64,000 nt of DNA from Flavobacteriaceae bacterium (GTDB lineage Bacteria > Bacteroidota > Bacteroidia > Flavobacteriales > Flavobacteriaceae): assembly GCA_029248405.1 (NCBI GenBank), contig JAQWJJ010000014.1:49661-113660 (forward strand), read 5' to 3'. Under the pieces are notes generated by a model. That model did no database searches. It saw only the letters and a program-made list of their open reading frames with translations, and was not told where the DNA came from. A program made the position numbers and the translations under genes. Below are positions 9,411 through 16,366 of the stretch, piece by piece (positions within the stretch are counted from its first letter, which is position 1; each line of letters opens with the position of its first letter).

Positions 9411-10235
9411 CTATTGGCCAATATAATTAATTTCTATAGTACAACCGATCGCTCCATTGAGATCGATGTGGCCACTTCCGGCAGTATTAAAAGCGCCATC
9501 AGAAATGAATCCATCAGCAAAGAGTTGATCAAAAGTAAGCTCAAAGTCATATGAAACACCGGCCTCAAGTGCCTCTTCTACTATGGAAAACTGAGCTTGG
9601 TTATAACTGTTTTCATAAACTTTAAAAATTCCGCCATCAAAAAGTCTATCGTTGTTATTTCCTGAAAAAGCTTTCAAGCCAATAGAGTGAGATTGGTTAT
9701 TGAAGCTGAAATAGAAAAGGCCTTCTTGAGCATTGAAATTGGTATACTGATCGTCAGGATCAGCAGAAATCGGTAGATCTACTTGGCCACCGCCAAAATG
9801 CACAGTGACAGAAATCTTATAAGTCCCATAATATTGAGGCGTGAAGGTTTTTGAAGCGAAACTGACCCCTTGTTGGCCGACTTCATGTCCCGTGCGGACA
9901 GAAGCGTTTTGCACATAGATTTTATTGTCTTTTTTATCAAATTGAGCGATCCATTGGGTGCCATTCCATAAATAAAGTCCAGGATAGACGGCCTGGTCAT
10001 CTGTGCCGCTGTTTTTGGTATTATAAACCAAAGTGCCAATAGCGATGCCATTGCCGTTGGGTGCTGTGATCGTCTGTGTCGTGATGTCGACAAGTGCGAC
10101 CCTGGGATACACGAATGCTAGGCCTAGAGCCACATCAAAAGCACCTTCTGGTTCTGCCGTGCCGACACCTACTTGAGCCATGGTTGCAGTCACGTGAAGC
10201 AAGAAGAATATTGATATATGCCAGTAATACTTCAT
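9411..10235 (-). CDS. secreted protein, paralog 2 of an unassigned three-gene family
   Basis: The ATG at 10235 gives MKYYWHISIFFLLHVTATMAQ. It carries the module QVGVGTAEPEGAFD..PRVAL..LVYNT..GLYLWNGTQWIAQF and the C-terminus CTIEINYIGQ. Confidence 0.75.
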   Translation of the reverse strand: MKYYWHISIFFLLHVTATMAQVGVGTAEPEGAFDVALGLAFVYPRVALVDITTQTITAPNGNGIAIGTLVYNTKNSGTDDQAVYPGLYLWNGTQWIAQFDKKDNKIYVQNASVRTGHEVGQQGVSFASKTFTPQYYGTYKISVTVHFGGGQVDLPISADPDDQYTNFNAQEGLFYFSFNNQSHSIGLKAFSGNNNDRLFDGGIFKVYENSYNQAQFSIVEEALEAGVSYDFELTFDQLFADGFISDGAFNTAGSGHIDLNGAIGCTIEINYIGQ

Positions 10236-10237
10236 CA

Positions 10238-11086
10238 CTATTCGTCACCCATATAAATAAACTCGACCCTGCATGGAAGGTCATAGGCCACGTAACCGCG
10301 TCCCTCTCCCTGACCGTCTAATAAAAATTCTGGGGCTTCATTTTGAGTGAATGATAAGTTAAAGGACTTTGCTGTGCCAGCAGTGAAGTTGACATATTGC
10401 GTCAGAGTAAATTCCTCCCAAATGGCAAAATATTTTTTTCTTGGGGTAACGTTGGTGCCGTAATTGGTGGAATAAGCAGAAACAGGGATCAGGTAATGTG
10501 CCCCATCCAAGTCAAAATCGAATTGTCCAGAGGCTCGGGCTATATTGAGATCTGCATCCGAATTACTGAGACCATTGCCCTCGCTTGGTATCTTACAAGT
10601 GCCTCCTCCGTAGTTTACTGAAATCACGATTTTATAAATACCTGTATATGATGGTGTGAAGTTTTGAGAAGATAGGCCGGGTACAGTGACGGCTGACCTG
10701 CTGCTTAATGGCTCTGTGCGCAAACCAAGTTGACTTTCAAAAAGTTCGTATTGTTTGCGATCAAACTGTGGAGTCCATTGATCTCCTGTCCAGACATACA
10801 GCCCTGGACTGACATCGCCTGAACCGTTGCTTGTGCGGGCCGTATTATAAATTACGGATCCGGCAGGAATATTGCCCCCTTGAGGATTCGTTGCAGGTGC
10901 CGCCAATTGGGTAGAAGTCAATGCAATTCTTGGCATTACTACCCCAGAATGAGTGCTTTGGATATCTAAAATTCCTTGAGGATCGGTGGTGTTGATGCCA
11001 ACTTGAGCACGGGCTCCACCAATAGCGCTAAGCACAAGGAAGAAAATAAGTAGGTTGATGTTATGTGACGATTTGGGAGCGTCCAT
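10238..11086 (-). CDS. secreted protein, paralog 3 (first gene) of an unassigned three-gene family
   Basis: Signal peptide LLIFFLVLSAIGGARAQ. It carries the module QVGINTTDPQGILD..PRIAL..VIYNT..GLYVWTGDQWTPQF and the C-terminus CRVEFIYMGDE. Confidence 0.75.
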   Translation of the reverse strand: MDAPKSSHNINLLIFFLVLSAIGGARAQVGINTTDPQGILDIQSTHSGVVMPRIALTSTQLAAPATNPQGGNIPAGSVIYNTARTSNGSGDVSPGLYVWTGDQWTPQFDRKQYELFESQLGLRTEPLSSRSAVTVPGLSSQNFTPSYTGIYKIVISVNYGGGTCKIPSEGNGLSNSDADLNIARASGQFDFDLDGAHYLIPVSAYSTNYGTNVTPRKKYFAIWEEFTLTQYVNFTAGTAKSFNLSFTQNEAPEFLLDGQGEGRGYVAYDLPCRVEFIYMGDE

Positions 11087-11093
11087 AATTAGT

Positions 11094-11111
11094 GTTTTAA
11101 CAGGTTAAAAC
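11094..11111. promoter_or_regulatory. perfect 8-bp inverted repeat GTTTTAAC-AG-GTTAAAAC next to the paralog operon start codon
   Basis: Read directly from the sequence. It lies 8-25 nt upstream of the ATG at 11086 on the minus strand. Its function is not known. Confidence 0.4.
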
Positions 11112-11124
11112 TCACCATTTTATC

Positions 11125-11155
11125 GATTAAATACAAATTAATTAGATTAAATACA
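11125..11155. repeat. 11-bp direct repeat GATTAAATACA x2 with 20-bp periodicity in a divergent control region
   Basis: Exact copies sit at 11125..11135 and 11145..11155, between the paralog operon (-) and the gene at 11228 (+). Confidence 0.5.
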
Positions 11156-11227
11156 TTAAAAATTAACATATCAAATTATTGTGGTCGTCAATTTCGTTAA
11201 GATATTGACCCGAACTATTAGTGGGCA

Positions 11228-12220
11228 ATGGCTGCTGCACGGGATTCTTTGGTATCTTTAACCATGGAACAAAGCCAATCTATGTTGCCATTAGACCTTT
11301 TGGATCAACTCAGTCGGAGCGAAGCAAGAATCGACAATATTCCTTTGGCCTTATTTGGATTGGGACAGGGCTCGATTGACATGCTGCGTGAGGATCTTGT
11401 TTTTGACGCCATCCCCGGAAATAAACTCCGAAAATTGATGCATAACATCAGGTATGTGCTGCACAATGATGCAATGCCCATACTTACTTTTGGTGGCGCC
11501 TACTCAAATCATATTGCTGCAGTTGCTGCCGCTGGACATCATTTTGGGATAAAGACCATTGGACTGATTCGTGGTGAGGAACTTGGTGATGCGGTCTCGG
11601 TAAATCCTACACTTTCTCGGGCCAAAAAACAAGGAATGGAACTGCACTTTATAGACCGTGTGACTTATCGACTAAAAGACCAAGATGACTTTCAAAGTGT
11701 TTTGAGGGAAACTTATGGTCCTTGTTATATTATTCCAGAAGGAGGAACCAACGCGCTGGCCGTTCAGGGCTGCAAAGAGATGATGCAATCTATCAGACAA
11801 GATTTTGATGTCATGACATTGGCAGTGGGTACTGGTGGCACTATGGCTGGAGTTCTAAAGGGATTAGCGGATCACCAAAGGGCAATGGGTTTTTCTGTCT
11901 TAAAGGGTTATGATCATAGACCTCTAATAGCCCGATACAGTGCTTTGGATCAATGTACTTTGGTTGGAGATCATCATTTTGGTGGCTATGCGAAGATCAC
12001 TGAGGAATTAATCGAATTTATTAATACTTTTAAGGAACGTACCCAGATCGCATTGGATCCTATTTATTCTGGAAAAATGATGTTCGGTTTGCTCAAAATG
12101 CTCAAAAATGATAACCATCTTAGAAGCCAACGGATCTTAGCGTTGCATTCAGGGGGGTTACAAGGCATCGAGGGCATAAATATAGAATTGGCACGCAAAG
12201 GCTTGCCACAAATAAATTAA
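11228..12220 (+). CDS. PLP-dependent 1-aminocyclopropane-1-carboxylate deaminase / D-cysteine desulfhydrase family protein
   Basis: Contains MLREDL....GNKLRKL (PLP lysine context), GGAYSNH and GTGGTMAG. The true start may be internal (MEQSQ at 11264). Confidence 0.75.
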   Translation: MAAARDSLVSLTMEQSQSMLPLDLLDQLSRSEARIDNIPLALFGLGQGSIDMLREDLVFDAIPGNKLRKLMHNIRYVLHNDAMPILTFGGAYSNHIAAVAAAGHHFGIKTIGLIRGEELGDAVSVNPTLSRAKKQGMELHFIDRVTYRLKDQDDFQSVLRETYGPCYIIPEGGTNALAVQGCKEMMQSIRQDFDVMTLAVGTGGTMAGVLKGLADHQRAMGFSVLKGYDHRPLIARYSALDQCTLVGDHHFGGYAKITEELIEFINTFKERTQIALDPIYSGKMMFGLLKMLKNDNHLRSQRILALHSGGLQGIEGINIELARKGLPQIN

Positions 12221-12221
12221 T

Positions 12222-13040
12222 ATGCGTTTTTTAAAACTGATTATTTTTCTCATAATTTTTGTGTCGCTCAGCGCTTGCTCTGGCGCGAAAAAGGCCCGGG
12301 CCCATCGGACCCAAAGGCAAACACCGCAGCGCGTTAAGGTGGTGGACAAAGAGCCGATAAAATCAGAGCTGCCGATAGTCACTGCGCCCAAAGTGCTGAG
12401 TGCTTTGGAGCGCATGATGCTTTATATAGAAACTTATAGTCCTCTAGCCCAAGAAGAAATGACTCTATATGGCATACCAGCGAGCATCACACTCGCACAA
12501 GGGATATTAGAAAGTGGTTCAGGAAATGGGGCGCTGGCCCTGAAAGCACAAAATCATTTCGGAATTAAGTGCCATACTACTTGGAGTGGAGACCGTGTCT
12601 ATCACGATGACGATGAAAAAGGTGAGTGTTTTCGAAAATATACGGATCCAAAATATTCCTATCGCGACCATTCATTGTTTTTGACCCAGCGATCCAGATA
12701 TCAAGATCTGTTTGACCTGGATAAGGACGATTATAAAGGCTGGGCCAGAGGCCTGAAAAAAGCAGGATACGCAACAGACCCCAAATATCCCGACAAGCTC
12801 ATTAGTCTTATTGAGCGTTTTGAATTATGGCGCTACGACGATGAACTATTGCATCAGGGTTCAAAGGCATCCTCGATAAAATTGGAAGAGGTCATTTATG
12901 TGGTGCAAGCCGGTGACACCTTGTATAGTATTGCCCAGCAATTTGGCCTAACAGTGGCACAGCTTTCTCAGGTCAACGGATTAACGGGGTCTCTGATAGC
13001 GATCGGCCAAGAGTTGCGCATCAGCAGTGGTACGCAATAA
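12222..13040 (+). CDS. lipoprotein with N-acetylglucosaminidase (FlgJ-type) domain and C-terminal LysM
   Basis: Lipobox FVSLSACSG, glucosaminidase string AQGILESGSGNGALALKAQNHFGIKC, and LysM YVVQAGDTLYSIAQQFGLTVAQLSQVNGL. Confidence 0.85.
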   Translation: MRFLKLIIFLIIFVSLSACSGAKKARAHRTQRQTPQRVKVVDKEPIKSELPIVTAPKVLSALERMMLYIETYSPLAQEEMTLYGIPASITLAQGILESGSGNGALALKAQNHFGIKCHTTWSGDRVYHDDDEKGECFRKYTDPKYSYRDHSLFLTQRSRYQDLFDLDKDDYKGWARGLKKAGYATDPKYPDKLISLIERFELWRYDDELLHQGSKASSIKLEEVIYVVQAGDTLYSIAQQFGLTVAQLSQVNGLTGSLIAIGQELRISSGTQ

Positions 13041-13091
13041 AATATTGACTGAGCAGTACACATTGGGTGATTCTTACCGTGCAAAACGCAT

Positions 13092-13117
13092 AAAAAAAGC
13101 CTCCATAAAAGGAGGCT
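13092..13117 (-). terminator. rho-independent terminator between convergent genes
   Basis: Stem AGCCTCC (13098..13104) pairs with GGAGGCT (13111..13117) around a 6-nt loop. On the minus-strand transcript it is followed by a U-run (the A-run at 13092..13097). Confidence 0.6.
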
Positions 13118-13141
13118 CTTAGCTATTGACGCCTGAACGCA

Positions 13142-13474
13142 TTATTGCGGCATATTTTTCCATTTTCTGAACTGAGATTCTGAGAGAATTCCTTTCATTG
13201 TCGCTACAAAATCGGTTTGTGTTTTGTTTTGACTATCCGTGTTCGTGGCCGCACCAGCTTTTCGCATCTGTGCTGCACGAGTTACCAAAGCGCGAAAGAC
13301 AGCACGCTGTTGATCACCTGACAAATTTAAGGCATCGCTGAGTTCCGCCGTTTGTGTTTTGGCGATGACTTCAGGTCGGTCTTGATTTTGTTGTAGCGCC
13401 TGAGCCTGTGAAGTGCTGGTCATAAAACCAAAAACCATTAAGGCGATGCTGAGGATTTTCAAAGGTGTTTTCAT
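13142..13474 (-). CDS. small secreted helical protein, unknown function
   Basis: The ATG at 13474 gives MKTPLKILSIALMVFGFMTSTSQAQA. The mature part is Gln/Ala/Lys-rich. I recognise no family. Confidence 0.5.
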   Translation of the reverse strand: MKTPLKILSIALMVFGFMTSTSQAQALQQNQDRPEVIAKTQTAELSDALNLSGDQQRAVFRALVTRAAQMRKAGAATNTDSQNKTQTDFVATMKGILSESQFRKWKNMPQ

Positions 13475-13602
13475 GATTTTCAAAAGTTTGTATGGCTAAA
13501 GTACAGAATCTATTTTAGTTAACCTATACCCAAGGGGCAATCCCAAGTTGATTTTTTACCTGTTGCAGGGGGTATAAAAAATCAGGTTGGCGCCCCAAAA
13601 CC

Positions 13603-15297
13603 TTAGACCGGCATGATCCATAGGCCTTGGTCGTCTTTCTCTATTTTAGCAAGTTTATGTTTGGTCAATTGTTTGAGGGCCTTGTCCCATTTTTTGTTGC
13701 TCATGTCACACTGATCCTTCAGGCTCGTGAGCGCCATAGGTCCTTGTTGCTCCAGCAAGTCAAATATTTGCTTTTCATCATCGCCAAGAGCAGCCTGAAG
13801 GTTTATTTTTTCTGGCTTCATTTGGGGGAAGAATAAGACCTCCTGAATAGAAGCATTATTGGTCAAAAACATGATCAATCTGTCCATTCCAATTCCCATT
13901 CCTGATGTGGGCGGCATACCATATTCCAAGGCGCGTAAAAAATCGTGATCGATAAACATCGCCTCGTCGTCCCCTCGATCGGCCAGCTTAAGTTGTGCTT
14001 CGAAACGCTCTCTTTGATCAATAGGGTCGTTCAGCTCACTATACGCATTTGCAATTTCTTTACCACACACCATCAATTCGAATCGTTCTGTTAATTCGGG
14101 GTGATCTCGATGACTCTTACATAAGGGGCTCATCTCTTTAGGATAGTCGGTGATAAAAGTTGGTTGTATGAACTGACCTTCGCATTTGGCGCCAAAAATT
14201 TCATCAATGAGCTTGCCTTTGCCCATGGAATCATTTACTTCAATACCAATAGATTTTGCAGCATGACGCAGGTCTTCCTCACTGGCTCCGGTGATGTCAA
14301 TCCCCGTAAATTGTTTTATGGCATCGGTCATGGTGACCCTTGGGTAAGGCGCTTTAAAGTTAATTTCATGCCCGCCAAATTGACTCATTGGTGTGCCATT
14401 GACTTGAATCGCGCAATGCTCTAAAAGTTCTTCACAAAACTCCATCATCCAATTGTAGTCCTTGTAGGCAACATAGATCTCCATGGCGGTAAACTCCGGA
14501 TTATGGGTGCGGTCCATGCCTTCATTCCTGAAGTTTTTAGAGAATTCGTAGACACCATCAAAACCACCCACGATAAGACGCTTGAGGTAGAGCTCGTTAG
14601 CGATGCGCATGTATAATGGAATATCTAAACTATTATGGTGGGTCATAAATGGCCGTGCTGCTGCACCACCCGGAATCGGCTGTAGCACTGGAGTCTCTAC
14701 TTCAAAATAGCCACGTTCATTAAAAAAATCGCGCATGGCATTGAACATACGGGTCCGCTTGACAAAGACTTCTTTGACGTGTGGGTTGACCACAAGATCA
14801 GCATAACGTTGGCGATAGCGCAGTTCAGGATCATTAAATTCGTCATGTGTTTGACCATCGCTATCGGTTTTGGGCAATGGAAGTGGTTTCAGTGACTTAG
14901 ACAGCAATGTGAAACGATCAACTGAAACCGTTTTTTCACCGACCTGAGTGGTAAACAAAGTCCCTTCAAGACCAATAAAATCCCCTATATCGAGTAATTT
15001 TTTATACACCTCATTATACAAGGTTTTATCCTCTCCTTGGCATATTTCATCTCGGTTAAAGTAGACCTGAATGCGGCCTTCTGCATCTTGTAGCTCGGCA
15101 AAGGAAGCCTTGCCTTGAATACGGCGGGACATCAAACGACCAGCCATCTTTACCTTTTTGCCTTCTGCATAACTTGTTTTGACATCAGTAGATAGATGAT
15201 CTACAGGGAAAAGGGCTGCGGGATATGGATCAATGCCAAGGGCACGAATTTGCGCTAGTTTTTCGCGACGAATGAGTTCCAGTTCAGAAAGTTGCAT
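13603..15297 (-). CDS. lysS: lysine--tRNA ligase, class II, with about 60-aa C-terminal extension
   Basis: OB-fold N-domain and class II motifs (FRNEGMDRTHNPEFT, GMGIGMDRL). Confidence 0.95.
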   Translation of the reverse strand: MQLSELELIRREKLAQIRALGIDPYPAALFPVDHLSTDVKTSYAEGKKVKMAGRLMSRRIQGKASFAELQDAEGRIQVYFNRDEICQGEDKTLYNEVYKKLLDIGDFIGLEGTLFTTQVGEKTVSVDRFTLLSKSLKPLPLPKTDSDGQTHDEFNDPELRYRQRYADLVVNPHVKEVFVKRTRMFNAMRDFFNERGYFEVETPVLQPIPGGAAARPFMTHHNSLDIPLYMRIANELYLKRLIVGGFDGVYEFSKNFRNEGMDRTHNPEFTAMEIYVAYKDYNWMMEFCEELLEHCAIQVNGTPMSQFGGHEINFKAPYPRVTMTDAIKQFTGIDITGASEEDLRHAAKSIGIEVNDSMGKGKLIDEIFGAKCEGQFIQPTFITDYPKEMSPLCKSHRDHPELTERFELMVCGKEIANAYSELNDPIDQRERFEAQLKLADRGDDEAMFIDHDFLRALEYGMPPTSGMGIGMDRLIMFLTNNASIQEVLFFPQMKPEKINLQAALGDDEKQIFDLLEQQGPMALTSLKDQCDMSNKKWDKALKQLTKHKLAKIEKDDQGLWIMPV

Positions 15298-15441
15298 AAG
15301 GTTTATTTATGCGGCAAAAATAATTAATATTAGCGGTTTGTGCCGCATCTTTGGGAGAATTCCTGTTAAAATATATTGATTCAGAATAACTAAATGGGTG
15401 CGCTTGGTTAGGGACAAAAAATAAATCTTAATTTTGTGATC

Positions 15442-15600
15442 ATGAGTTTTTGGCGTGTTTTACTGTCTATACTTTTTCCACCACTTGCCGTTATCGATAA
15501 GGGCTGTGGTTCTGTGCTAATTGTGCTGCTCTTGACCTTTTGTGGTTGGGTGCCTGGTGTTATTGCCGCTTTAGTCATACTCAATAATCCAAAATCATAA
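15442..15600 (+). CDS. YqaE/Pmp3-family small membrane proteolipid (52 aa, below track cutoff)
   Basis: My translation is MSFWRVLLSILFPPLAVIDKGCGSVLIVLLLTFCGWVPGVIAALVILNNPKS. It has two TM helices with the family-typical FPPLAV and GW.PGVI strings. Confidence 0.75.
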   Translation: MSFWRVLLSILFPPLAVIDKGCGSVLIVLLLTFCGWVPGVIAALVILNNPKS

Positions 15601-15642
15601 GAGTGCTGTGGCCAAAACTGGTCTTACTTTTTAAAGTAATAT

Positions 15643-16362
15643 ATGTCTGAGAAAACTGTCCAATGCCGTGAGTTAGGGTTCATGGATTATCGTAAAGCTT
15701 GGGATTTGCAAGAAACTCTTTTTGCCGAAACGATCCAAACCAAAATTCAAAATAGACGTACCAACACCGTAATACAAACAACAAACCATTTACTTTTCGT
15801 AGAGCATCCACATGTATACACACTAGGCAAAAGTGGTGATCAGCAACATCTTCTTATTGATCAAAAACAACTGGCTGCCATCGGTGCAGAATTCTACAAA
15901 ATAAATCGGGGTGGAGACATTACCTACCATGGACCGGGTCAAATAGTTGGTTATCCCATATTGGATCTTGAGAATTTTTTTACTGACATACACAAGTACC
16001 TCCGATTACTGGAAGAAATGATCATTTTGACTTTAGCGGATTATGGCATAAAAGCGGAGCGGTCTCATGGAGAAACAGGTGTTTGGCTCGATGTGGGCAC
16101 ACCATTTGCCAGAAAGATATGCGCCATGGGCGTGCGTGCCAGTAGGTGGGTAACCATGCATGGTTTTGCCTTAAACGTCAATACCGACCTAGGTTATTTC
16201 GATCATATGATTCCATGTGGCATCCGTGGTAAATCTGTGACTTCGCTTCGTGTGGAGTTAGGCAAAGAGCAGGTCAATGTTGAAGAGGTCAAAGAAAGAT
16301 TAAAAGGACATTTTACTCAGTTGTTTGAGGCGCAATTAGTGGCCTACTTGCCAAGAGATTAG
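15643..16362 (+). CDS. lipB: lipoyl(octanoyl) transferase
   Basis: Contains RGGDITYHGPGQ and the catalytic Cys context MIPCGI. Confidence 0.95.
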   Translation: MSEKTVQCRELGFMDYRKAWDLQETLFAETIQTKIQNRRTNTVIQTTNHLLFVEHPHVYTLGKSGDQQHLLIDQKQLAAIGAEFYKINRGGDITYHGPGQIVGYPILDLENFFTDIHKYLRLLEEMIILTLADYGIKAERSHGETGVWLDVGTPFARKICAMGVRASRWVTMHGFALNVNTDLGYFDHMIPCGIRGKSVTSLRVELGKEQVNVEEVKERLKGHFTQLFEAQLVAYLPRD

Positions 16363-16366
16363 GGTG

